Assembly: GCF_003044035.1 (NCBI RefSeq)
Contig: NZ_NVQC01000022.1
Coordinates: 342,092 to 374,091, forward strand
DNA: 32,000 bases
Reading direction: 5' to 3'
Origin: Candidatus Methylomirabilis limnetica
Lineage (GTDB): Bacteria; Methylomirabilota; Methylomirabilia; Methylomirabilales; Methylomirabilaceae
Below the pieces are notes generated by a model, which saw nothing but the letters and a program-made list of their open reading frames with translations, did not search any database and was not told the origin of the DNA. Positions 1 through 7,404 of the stretch are shown here, one piece after another. Position 1 is the stretch's first letter; the number at the start of each line of letters is the position of its first letter. The translations under genes were made by a program, and so were the position numbers.

Positions 1-1488
1 ATCAAGCGGCAGGGTCTTCAGGCGAAGCGCCGTGGTGAGGGCCTGCTCCGCTCCGTCCCAATTCCCCTGCTCAAGCAGCATCACACCCAGGTTATTCCAG
101 GTCGCCGCATCGTCCGGCATAATCCGGAGAGCCTCCCGAAACTCCCGGGCGGCCTCTTGGCGACGTCCTCGGATCATATACAGCCGGCCCAGGTTTCGGC
201 GCGCCCTCGCCGATGCCGGGGCGGTCTGGACCGTCTTGGTCCAGAGTGTCAGGTCATCCTTCCAATCGCGGGTCCGAATGACCGTCCTGAATCCGAGCAG
301 AAGCACCACAAGCGCGAAGACGGCCAAGACAACCCGGCGCTGTCGGACACGCTCAAGCAGCCCTTCCACCAGCATGGCGGCTGCAAGACACAAGCCGATC
401 GACGGCAAGTACAGATAGTGCTCGGCTACGATCTCATGATGGGGGATGATCTGGGCGACGGGCAGCAGTGTCATAAAGACCCAGAGGCCCCCGAATGCCG
501 CCCACCGGTGGGAAGCCAGGAGCTGCCAGATCGCCCACCAGCTCCCGCCCACCACTGCGATTGCCATCAGGACCCGGCCATCCAAGAGGGTACCCGGCAC
601 CGGAAAGGCGTTGAAGGAGTAATCCGCGTTCAGGGTAACGGGCCAGAGCAGCAGTGTCAGGTAGTGACCCATGATCGTGACGCTGGTGAGCACTGTCGGC
701 CAGAGTCCGCCGCCCCACAGGTCAAACCGTTGTGTGACGCGGAAGAGCACCACGAAGTAGTAGGCCACCGCGGAAAAGATCGCCCCGATCACCAGATAGA
801 GGCACCTGTGCTCCCGCCAGAGCCGCCGTCCCGCCTCCCTGAGGGCCATCCAGGAACTCCATCCTCCCTCTCCGCCCTCGGGCATGGAGCGGACCAGATC
901 ATACCCGAGACAGAGCAACGGGAGGGTGATCGCCATCTCCTTCGAGAGGAGGCCGAGACAGTACGAGATCCCGGTCAGGCACAGGAACCGCACCTTGCCG
1001 GTCGCCCGGTATCGGACGAATCCATAGAACCCCATCAGATAGAACAGGGTGAACAGGACATCCCGCCGGCCGGATATGTAGGCGACGGCCTCGGTCTGGA
1101 CTGGGTGGACGATAAAGAGCAGCGTCGCCAGGAAGGCGGGCCGGGTGATCCCCAGGATGGTCCGCAGCACGGTGAAAACCAGGACCCCGTTCAGGGCATG
1201 GTAGAGGATGTTGAACGCCCGGAAACCCGACGGGTTGAGCCCGAACAGGGCATAGTCGATCGCGTACGAGGCGGTGCGAAGCGGGCGATACGAAAGCCAT
1301 CCGCCGGACCTGAATAACTGCGTGAGCCCCTCGATCGAGCGAAACCGGAGATCGGTCGCGACCAGTGGATGGTCGTCGAAGACAAAGCCGTTGAAAAGTG
1401 AACCGGCGTACAGGAGTCCGGCCACCCCCACGATTACCAGACAAACCGCCACCGGGCGGGACCAGAATGAAAGCGGGCGATCAGGCAC
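1..1488 (-). CDS. TPR-containing GT-C type membrane glycosyltransferase (PMT/TMTC-like, DUF1736-type); 3' end lies outside the window
   Basis: Absent from the ORF track because it runs off the left edge. My minus-strand translation from GTG 1488 gives LVIVGVAGLLYAGSLFNGFVFDDHPLVATDL..., then about 10 hydrophobic helices. The tail is TPR-like: ...NLGRLYMIRGRRQEAAREFREALRIMPDDAATWNNLGVMLLEQGNWDGAEQAL. The frame stays open to base 1. The in-frame ATG at 1542 lies within or upstream of the preceding terminator, so GTG 1488 is preferred. Confidence 0.75.
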   Translation of the reverse strand, partial: MPDRPLSFWSRPVAVCLVIVGVAGLLYAGSLFNGFVFDDHPLVATDLRFRSIEGLTQLFRSGGWLSYRPLRTASYAIDYALFGLNPSGFRAFNILYHALNGVLVFTVLRTILGITRPAFLATLLFIVHPVQTEAVAYISGRRDVLFTLFYLMGFYGFVRYRATGKVRFLCLTGISYCLGLLSKEMAITLPLLCLGYDLVRSMPEGGEGGWSSWMALREAGRRLWREHRCLYLVIGAIFSAVAYYFVVLFRVTQRFDLWGGGLWPTVLTSVTIMGHYLTLLLWPVTLNADYSFNAFPVPGTLLDGRVLMAIAVVGGSWWAIWQLLASHRWAAFGGLWVFMTLLPVAQIIPHHEIVAEHYLYLPSIGLCLAAAMLVEGLLERVRQRRVVLAVFALVVLLLGFRTVIRTRDWKDDLTLWTKTVQTAPASARARRNLGRLYMIRGRRQEAAREFREALRIMPDDAATWNNLGVMLLEQGNWDGAEQALTTALRLKTLPLD

Positions 1489-1495
1489 AGGCGCT

Positions 1496-1530
1496 AAAAA
1501 AAGACCCCCCTGGCCGGACGACCAGGGGGG
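1496..1530 (-). terminator. Rho-independent terminator after the collagen-like gene
   Basis: Perfect 9-bp GC stem CCCCCCTGG/CCAGGGGGG (1505-1513 / 1522-1530) with an 8-nt loop. On the minus strand it is followed by TC plus T7 (1496-1502). It lies 19 nt past the stop at 1549. Confidence 0.85.
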
Positions 1531-1548
1531 TGGAGTGTACATAGACGG

Positions 1549-2625
1549 CTAGGGCACCGTAGTCAGCAGGGACCAGGATCCTGGCGACACGGCCGGCGTT
1601 GTGCCAAGGGCCGTGTGTTCCACCGCTATCAAATCGGCTGCGGCAAACGTCACGTTGCTTGAGACGAGGCAGTTATCGACAGTATCAGAAATCGTACAGG
1701 TCAGCGTGGTAGCAGCCCCACCATTCCGGACAGTGAACTTACGACTCTGACTAGCACCAGGGCCAACTTTTAGCTTCACCCGCATGACGCTGACGGTGCT
1801 CGCAGGTACAGGGACCGAGACGTCAGTCGATGCCACAGTACTATTGCCATTACCTGGACCCATCCAGCGAAGAGCGGTACCAAGGTCGGCTCCACCTGAC
1901 CCGCCGGTCAGGAGACTCCTGACATTCGGTCCTGCTGGGCCAGTTGCACCTGTGGCGCCCGTGGCACCAGTTGCACCCGTGGCGCCTGTGGCGCCTGTTG
2001 AGCCTGTGGCACCTGTGCCACCTGCGGCACCTGTGGCGCCCGTGGCACCAGTTGCACCCGTGGCGCCTGTTGAGCCTGTTGAGCCTGTTGAGCCTGTGGC
2101 ACCTGTTGAGCCTGTCGGTCCGGCTGGTCCTGTTGGTCCTGTTGCGCCAGTTGGTCCTGTCGGTCCGGCTGGTCCGGCTGGTCCGGCGGCGTCAAGGTTC
2201 TCACTCGCCGCTACCCCTGCCATGACAAGACTGCCGCTGAAGGCCCCCACAAAGGGGAAGAGACGCGCCGGGCTGCCCTGTAGCGCCACCTGCCCCTGGA
2301 TGTTGATCCCCTCTACGGTGCTGGTCGTCAGGTGCCCGGTGCTGTCTACTGAGTAGCTACCGGTGATGTTAAAAGGCGTCGTCGCCCCCCCAACCTCTTT
2401 CATGGACCCTACTATCGCCACCGTACCCGGATTGGCGCAGGGACTTCCGGGAGTAAAAGTCAACGTCCCGAGAGCCTGGGTAGGGATTCCGGGCTCCACC
2501 ATGGTGCTGAAGGAATAGATCCCCGAGAGACTGCAGGAATCGGCTGTCCAGCCGGGTGTAGGCAGGATCAGCACGGCCGCGGTGAGCAGGCCGGCTAGGA
2601 CCGTACTCTTGGTTCGTGTACGCAT
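1549..2625 (-). CDS. Secreted collagen-like (Gly-X-Thr triple-helix repeat) protein
   Basis: The ORF track gives 1549..2718. I prefer the internal ATG at 2625, which has an AAAGGGGG SD just upstream and yields the signal peptide [28 protein letters not shown]. There are about 28 uninterrupted G-X-Y triplets ([16 protein letters not shown]...[11 protein letters not shown]) flanked by non-repetitive domains. Confidence 0.85.
   Translation of the reverse strand: MRTRTKSTVLAGLLTAAVLILPTPGWTADSCSLSGIYSFSTMVEPGIPTQALGTLTFTPGSPCANPGTVAIVGSMKEVGGATTPFNITGSYSVDSTGHLTTSTVEGINIQGQVALQGSPARLFPFVGAFSGSLVMAGVAASENLDAAGPAGPAGPTGPTGATGPTGPAGPTGSTGATGSTGSTGSTGATGATGATGATGAAGGTGATGSTGATGATGATGATGATGATGPAGPNVRSLLTGGSGGADLGTALRWMGPGNGNSTVASTDVSVPVPASTVSVMRVKLKVGPGASQSRKFTVRNGGAATTLTCTISDTVDNCLVSSNVTFAAADLIAVEHTALGTTPAVSPGSWSLLTTVP
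1927..2184 (-). repeat. Coding tandem repeat (9-nt periodic GXT/GXA collagen triplets)
   Basis: Residues 179-264 of the 389-aa ORF. Mostly GAT/GST/GPT/GPA triplets, with nucleotide-level reiteration of gtggc(a/g)cc(t/c)gt units. Confidence 0.85.
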
Positions 2626-2805
2626 AAAGCGCCCCCTTTTCTGTCTACGGTTTACTGGCTCCCTCTTCGCGAAGGAGACACCAACAGAGGATCGTGAAAC
2701 TACGCTTTGAATTATCAACCAACAACCCTGATAAAAAGAGTACTCAGGTCACCACACTGCCTGAATGTAACAGACTACGAGCAGGAAAAGAAGATCAGGA
2801 GAGTC

Positions 2806-2833
2806 AGTATCACAGTCCATCACTTGGTGTCAA
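2806..2833 (-). promoter_or_regulatory. Candidate sigma70 promoter for the collagen-like gene
   Basis: Minus strand reads TTGACA (2833-2828), a 16-nt spacer, then GATACT (2811-2806). This implies a ~175-nt leader. Confidence 0.35.
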
Positions 2834-2852
2834 GTAAAATACGGGCCGGCAC

Positions 2853-3039
2853 GTAACCATTCAGTGAGAGGGGGGAAATCATTAAATAAAATGTGGTATG
2901 TTTTTATAAAATCCCCCTTAATCCCCCTTTTTCAAAGGGGGAAACGGGTAGTCCCCCTCTTTGGAAAAGAGGGGTTAGAGCCTGCCCCGGCATGTATTAA
3001 GCCGGGGGGAGATTTTTCCACCCGTAACTGAATGGTTAC
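2853..3039. mobile_element. MITE (187 bp) with 13-bp terminal inverted repeats and an 8-bp target-site duplication
   Basis: TIRs are GTAACCATTCAGT (2853-2865) and ACTGAATGGTTAC (3027-3039). They are flanked by the direct repeat GCCGGCAC (2845-2852 and 3040-3047). The interior is made of GC hairpins (CCCCCTCTTTGGAAAAGAGGGG, CCCCGGC..GCCGGGG). Confidence 0.6.
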
Positions 3040-3078
3040 GCCGGCACTGTCTTCATTTCGTTCGCGAACCGCTGCCTG

Positions 3079-3221
3079 GTCATTGCGAGCGACCAACGGG
3101 AGCGTGGCAATCCAACCGTTCTGCCTTCCTGGTCTTGAAGAACGGTGAGATTGCTTCGCCTACGGCTCGCAACGACACCGTGTGTCGGATTGCCACGCAC
3201 CCTACGGGTGCTCGCAATGAC
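3079..3221. repeat. Long palindromic REP/MITE-like element (GTCATTGCGAGC...GCGTGGCAATCC family)
   Basis: Two 12-bp perfect inverted pairs: GTCATTGCGAGC (3079-3090) with GCTCGCAATGAC (3210-3221), and GCGTGGCAATCC (3102-3113) with GGATTGCCACGC (3187-3198). A second family member lies at 17371-17447. Confidence 0.6.
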
Positions 3222-3314
3222 GGGAAGAATCGAGCGATTTCGAAGTCTATTGCTGTTCTTGGGCTGGAAATGGCGCTTGAGGGGTCAGGGGCGACCTGTT
3301 ATACTGCCACCGCA

Positions 3315-4277
3315 ATGAACTATCCGCCGCATCTGTCCGTCATCATCCCCCTCTTGAACGAGGCCGACGGTCTGCCGGAACTCTACCGGGAGCTCCAGGA
3401 GGCCCTCCGCCCATGGGCCAATCGCCATGAGCTGATCTTTGTGGATGACGGCAGCACGGACGGCTCATTTGCCGCGCTCGAAAAGCTCCACGCAGAAGAC
3501 CCACGGGTGGTCGTCCTTCGCTTTCGCCGGAATCAGGGAAAGGCGAGCGCGTTGATGGCGGGGTTTCGCCGGGCGAGAGGAGAAATCCTGGTTACGCTCG
3601 ACGCCGACCTGCAGGATGATCCGCGGGAAATCCCGCGATTTCTCGACAAGCTGGACGAGGGGTTCGATCTGGTGTCGGGATGGAAAGTCAAACGCCAGGA
3701 CCCCATCATCAGGCGGGTGCTCTCGCGGGTCTTCAACAGCGTCACGTCGCTGTTCACGGGACTCACGCTCCACGATTTTAATTGCGGCTTCAAATGCTAT
3801 CGGAGGGGTGTGATCCAGGAGATCAGGCTCCACGGGGAGCTGCACCGGTTCATTCCGGCGTTGGCGAGTTGGCGGGGTTTCAGGATAGCGGAGATCGAGG
3901 TCGCACACCGGCCGCGGAAATACGGCCAGTCAAAATACGGCTCCGAACGGATCCCTCGCGGCTTCTTCGACCTGCTGACCGTCTTGATTCTGACCCGCTA
4001 CCATCTGAGGCCACTTCACCTTTTCGGGGCCTTAGGAGCCCTGCTCAGTCTGGCAGGTTCCATCGGTCTAGCGTATCTGGTTTTCGGCTGGTTCTTCGGA
4101 CAATGGATCGGTGACCGCCCCCTCCTCAGCCTCAGCATTCTGACGATGATCATCGGCCTACAGTTCATCTTTTTCGGACTCCTGGCCGAGATCATCGTCT
4201 ACTCCAGCAGGCAAACCGACATCCCCCCGCTTGCCGCTGTCCTCGACCAGGACGACTCTCGCAAGGACATCGATTAA
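3315..4277 (+). CDS. GT2 polyprenyl-phosphate glycosyltransferase (ArnC/GtrB/Dpm1-like) with C-terminal 2-TM anchor
   Basis: MNYPPHLSVIIPLLNEADGL..., FVDDGSTDGS, the DADLQDDP motif, and two C-terminal hydrophobic helices (LFGALGALLSLAGSIGLAYLVF, LLSLSILTMIIGLQFIFFGLLAEIIVY). The ORF-track start at 3135 only translates the upstream palindromic repeat. ATG 3315 is preferred; 3270 is possible. Confidence 0.85.
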   Translation: MNYPPHLSVIIPLLNEADGLPELYRELQEALRPWANRHELIFVDDGSTDGSFAALEKLHAEDPRVVVLRFRRNQGKASALMAGFRRARGEILVTLDADLQDDPREIPRFLDKLDEGFDLVSGWKVKRQDPIIRRVLSRVFNSVTSLFTGLTLHDFNCGFKCYRRGVIQEIRLHGELHRFIPALASWRGFRIAEIEVAHRPRKYGQSKYGSERIPRGFFDLLTVLILTRYHLRPLHLFGALGALLSLAGSIGLAYLVFGWFFGQWIGDRPLLSLSILTMIIGLQFIFFGLLAEIIVYSSRQTDIPPLAAVLDQDDSRKDID

Positions 4278-4280
4278 GAA

Positions 4281-4350
4281 AATCTCCCCCTACCCCTCTT
4301 TTCCAAAGAGGGGTACATCCTCCCTTTGGCAAAGGGAGGTCAGGAGGGAT
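4281..4350. repeat. Double-hairpin intergenic repeat, likely a bidirectional terminator between convergent genes
   Basis: CCCCTCTTT-tcc-AAAGAGGGG (4293-4313) and CCTCCCTTT-ggc-AAAGGGAGG (4319-4339), followed by TCAGGAGGGATT. Near-identical copy at 12234-12297 (+13597-13607). A diverged inverted copy sits inside the MITE at 2853-3039. Confidence 0.6.
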
Positions 4351-4359
4351 TCGTCGATT

Positions 4360-5034
4360 TCACGGTGCGCGATGCGTCTTGCGCCTCCCGCTCGTTTTTC
4401 CTCTCCATCCGGGAGTGCTCCCCTCGTCAGCGGCACGCACCTCCTCTGGAATTCCACCGAAAAACCAATACAGGGCCATCCAGATCAACACCGGTAAAAG
4501 CTGACTCGCCATCGACAGGTAGAAGTTCGTCCCCCAGACAGAGAGGCGACCGGCAACGCTCTGAAAGGCTTCAAGTTCAGGCTGCTGAAAGAATTTCATG
4601 CCGATCACAAGGTACAGTATGTGTGTCAAAAACAGAACACCCAACGCGATCGTCAGACTTACACACCGGCGCCTCCAAGCAACGTGCCGCTGGGCCAATA
4701 CAAGGCCAGTCATGAGAACGAGATTGAAGTGAGTCAAATAGCCTGTGAATCCCTGGATCTTCATCCCTTCCGTAAAAGGGCGATCCGAGCGCATAATTAA
4801 AATATTGCCCTTCCAACCCACGAGGCTATGAACACGAGGGGCCTCTGTGACGGCAAGCAGGACATTGGCGCCGGAGGCGAGAAGGCGGTTGTAGCCGGGG
4901 GTGATGACGAACCACAGGGGGAGGATGAGGCAGAAGACCAGGAGAAACCGGCCGGCAAACGCCAGCAGCGCTTTAGTGTCGGGGAGCACCGACAAACCGC
5001 TCCGTCCAGTAGATCCAGGCCAGAAGGGCGGCAA
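4360..5034 (-). CDS. Polytopic membrane protein co-transcribed with the exosortase (exosortase-associated partner)
   Basis: 224-aa ORF with 5-6 hydrophobic helices. From ATG 5034 it overlaps the exosortase stop by 62 nt. In-frame TTG 4995 or GTG 4989 would shorten the overlap to 17-23 nt. No recognisable soluble domain. Confidence 0.6.
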   Translation of the reverse strand: MPPFWPGSTGRSGLSVLPDTKALLAFAGRFLLVFCLILPLWFVITPGYNRLLASGANVLLAVTEAPRVHSLVGWKGNILIMRSDRPFTEGMKIQGFTGYLTHFNLVLMTGLVLAQRHVAWRRRCVSLTIALGVLFLTHILYLVIGMKFFQQPELEAFQSVAGRLSVWGTNFYLSMASQLLPVLIWMALYWFFGGIPEEVRAADEGSTPGWRGKTSGRRKTHRAP

Positions 5035-5485
5035 AGATGATCAACGATTGCCAAATCAGTAGATGGGCAGTCTCGAAGAATGACGGAAAATAGCGGCCGA
5101 TATACATGAGACTGACCACTCTAATGAGGTTTAAAGAGAGGATCACTGATGCCCCCAGCAGAACCCCCTTGAGTTTCTCTGTCGCCCGACTTGGATAGGC
5201 CAGGACTGCTGACACGTAGATCGCCACGACAAAGATGCCGGTGCACACATCGTCGATCCGAGCCGCAAACCCCTCAACCTGGAGGATAGTTCCCGAAGTC
5301 GTGGCCTTGAGGGACAGGAGGTTCAGGACGAACCCGCTGACTGCGGCAAACGCCAGCGCCAGCGGCTGCCCGACAAGCTCCCGCATGATGCTTGTTCGTA
5401 GGAGCGTGTAAAACACGATGATGCACACCAGGAAGGTGATACATGCCCTGACCACTGGCTTATTTAGACTAAGTCGTTGCTCCAT
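4973..5485 (-). CDS. xrtH: Small exosortase/archaeosortase-family transpeptidase (XrtH-like)
   Basis: 170 aa, all-helical membrane protein. It has the ordered Cys/Arg/His signature of the family: IDDVCTGIF, LNLIRVVSL, ETAHLLIWQ. A protein with an IPTL-CTERM-like tail is encoded at 15847-16746. Confidence 0.7.
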   Translation of the reverse strand: MEQRLSLNKPVVRACITFLVCIIVFYTLLRTSIMRELVGQPLALAFAAVSGFVLNLLSLKATTSGTILQVEGFAARIDDVCTGIFVVAIYVSAVLAYPSRATEKLKGVLLGASVILSLNLIRVVSLMYIGRYFPSFFETAHLLIWQSLIIFAALLAWIYWTERFVGAPRH

Positions 5486-5785
5486 CGATTCCCTTTTGCA
5501 CCTTCAAGGAGTGAGGAAAAGAAAGAGTGCGGTTAGCATTCTACATACAACAGCACTACACCCATTGTCACTACCTACACATACCATCCGACCCAGGCAT
5601 ACTCATCAGACCGCATGCGGCGGCTCAAGTGATCGCTGACCGAGTCGCCGGACGCGCCGCCGCGTGGGCAGCAAAACAGCGGTCAATATCAGCTCACTGC
5701 GGTCAGCTTGCACACATTGAAGTTGTCTGGATCAGAGGTGAGGGTGCGCCCCCAAACCTTTTCACTCTTGCCTGCTTCTACCGGA

Positions 5786-6292
5786 TCACGGGATGGTTAC
5801 CCGGTACACGGTCAAGCTGATTTGTGCAATACTGCCTGCAACACCAGCGAAGGTCCCATCGCCACCAAGAATAATGCCGCGCGCCGTATTCGGAGAGTCA
5901 GCAAAGTTCCGGACTATCTTGTAATAGACATTCCCTCCCGGCAGGACCGCAGCCCCATCGGTGTAGTTGAATGTTCCGGCGGACCCATTATAGCGCGGGA
6001 TGGTCTCAAAATAACTCCCAAACGTTGCTGTGCCGTCAGCAGATTTAATCAAGCCTCCTGAATACGCCACATCGAACCCTGCAGCGGACGGATTCAGGCC
6101 GCTAATGGCGCCATCGCTCTGCACGAATTGCACATCAACAATAGTGGCAGCCTTGACGAGACTGGGCAGCAAGATCAGAACAAAGGCAAGCGCCACACAG
6201 CCTCCCCATGATCGCCCCGATCCTCGCCTATGGCGAGTCGTGCTGAGACTCACATGATGCCAGGACAAAATAGCCTCGATGGTTCTTCGCAT
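5786..6292 (-). CDS. Small secreted protein of unknown function
   Basis: 168-aa ORF. A strong SD (AAAAAGGGGGGGGAGGCC) sits directly upstream of ATG 6292. Hydrophobic signal-like segment CVALAFVLILLPSLVKA|ATIVD. No recognisable domain. Confidence 0.6.
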   Translation of the reverse strand: MRRTIEAILSWHHVSLSTTRHRRGSGRSWGGCVALAFVLILLPSLVKAATIVDVQFVQSDGAISGLNPSAAGFDVAYSGGLIKSADGTATFGSYFETIPRYNGSAGTFNYTDGAAVLPGGNVYYKIVRNFADSPNTARGIILGGDGTFAGVAGSIAQISLTVYRVTIP

Positions 6293-6645
6293 GGCCTCCC
6301 CCCCCTTTTTGATGGGTGCGAGCGGAGTCGATCCGTTCGCCCTCCTGTTCGCTTACCACGCAACGCCCCAGCACACCACTTCTTCTGTAGTCCCTCGGTG
6401 CGATAGTTTCTCTTTCACCAGAACTGTCGTTTATTCCAACACGCCATACAGCGGTTGTCAATCTCAATTGTTCACCCCAGTATCAGTATAGATTGGGATG
6501 CGTCATCGCGAGACACCCATCCCACATTCTCCCGCAAAGAGGGAATGGAGCATGTTGCCAATAGGACGGGCATGGGGAGGGTCGTGAGATCAACCGATTC
6601 CCCGTCCGGGTTGTTTTGGTGAGGATTGCACCTCACTGAATCCAT

Positions 6646-7404
6646 TCACCGTAGGGGTGTTGCGCGTTGCGGGGGTTCGGTGGCGAGCCTTTGTCGGATA
6701 CGCCAAAGGTCCACCAACATCTGCACGGGGTGACGCAGCAGGCTCACCTGACTGCTCGGATCATTGATCCAGCGCACCGGCATCTCACATACGGCATATC
6801 CCAACTGCATCGCGATAAGGATAGCCTCGACGTCGAAGGCAAAGCCGTCGATACGCGCGTATTGGAAGACCGCGTGCGCCGCCTCGCGCCGAAACAGCTT
6901 GAAACCGCACTGCGTATCCCGAAAAGGGATCGAGAGGTAGACCCGCAGGAGGCGATTGAACAGCTTCCCCATCAATTCCCGCAGGCGAGTCTGACGCACC
7001 AGTATCTGCGATCCTACCAGCGCGCGTGAACCGATCACAAGATCGCTACCCTCCGAAAGGAGCTTCAAGGCTCCATCTACCTCCTCAATGGGTGTGGAGA
7101 GATCCGCATCCGAGAACAGCACGACCGCTCCCGTGGCCGCCATCATACCGGCCCGAATGGCGGCGCCCTTGCCCCGGTTCTGTGAGAAGCGAATCAGCCT
7201 CAACTCCGGCGCGCGCGCCATGAATTGTTCCACGACGGCGACCGTGCTATCGCGCGATCCGTCATCCACTACAATCATCTCGAACCCGCCCGCCCCGTAT
7301 CGGGACCGCAAATAGCCCCACACCCGCTGGAGCGATGGGCCGATCCGACTCGCCTCATTGTACGTGGGAATCACTACGCTTAATTGAATCGCCTCTTGCC
7401 CCAT
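6646..7404 (-). CDS. GT2 glycosyltransferase (dolichyl/polyprenyl-phosphate beta-glucosyltransferase-like)
   Basis: LSVVIPTYNEASRI, VVDDGSRDST, NRGKGAAIRAG, SDADLSTPIEE. No TM segment. Confidence 0.85.
   Translation of the reverse strand: MGQEAIQLSVVIPTYNEASRIGPSLQRVWGYLRSRYGAGGFEMIVVDDGSRDSTVAVVEQFMARAPELRLIRFSQNRGKGAAIRAGMMAATGAVVLFSDADLSTPIEEVDGALKLLSEGSDLVIGSRALVGSQILVRQTRLRELMGKLFNRLLRVYLSIPFRDTQCGFKLFRREAAHAVFQYARIDGFAFDVEAILIAMQLGYAVCEMPVRWINDPSSQVSLLRHPVQMLVDLWRIRQRLATEPPQRATPLR

Noticed and set aside
157-1317. 386-aa plus-strand ORF (and minus-strand ORFs 434-718, 899-1444, 1191-1385)
   Set aside because: Compositionally odd (Pro/Arg/Gly/Gln-rich, no motifs). It lies antisense or out of frame to a much more convincing minus-strand TPR/GT-C-like gene that the ORF track omitted because it runs off the window edge.
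1784-2356. Plus-strand PVAPVAPV and minus-strand QAQQAQQ repeat ORFs
   Set aside because: These are alternative-frame or antisense readings of the collagen GXT repeat. Only the G-X-Y frame has a signal peptide, an SD and flanking non-repetitive domains.
3135-3314. N-terminal 60-codon extension of the GT2 ORF
   Set aside because: It translates the palindromic REP-like element (EIASPTARNDT...THPTGARNDG). The GT2 homology starts at MNYPPHLSVIIP.
7355-7404. 50-nt overlap between the GT-C/PA14 gene and the downstream GT2 (and the 62-nt overlap at 4973-5034) as a programmed frameshift or fusion
   Set aside because: Both downstream genes have plausible N-termini (MGQEAIQLSVVIPTYNE for the GT2) or in-frame alternative starts. 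There is no slippery-site evidence, so these are treated as ordinary operonic overlaps with uncertain starts.
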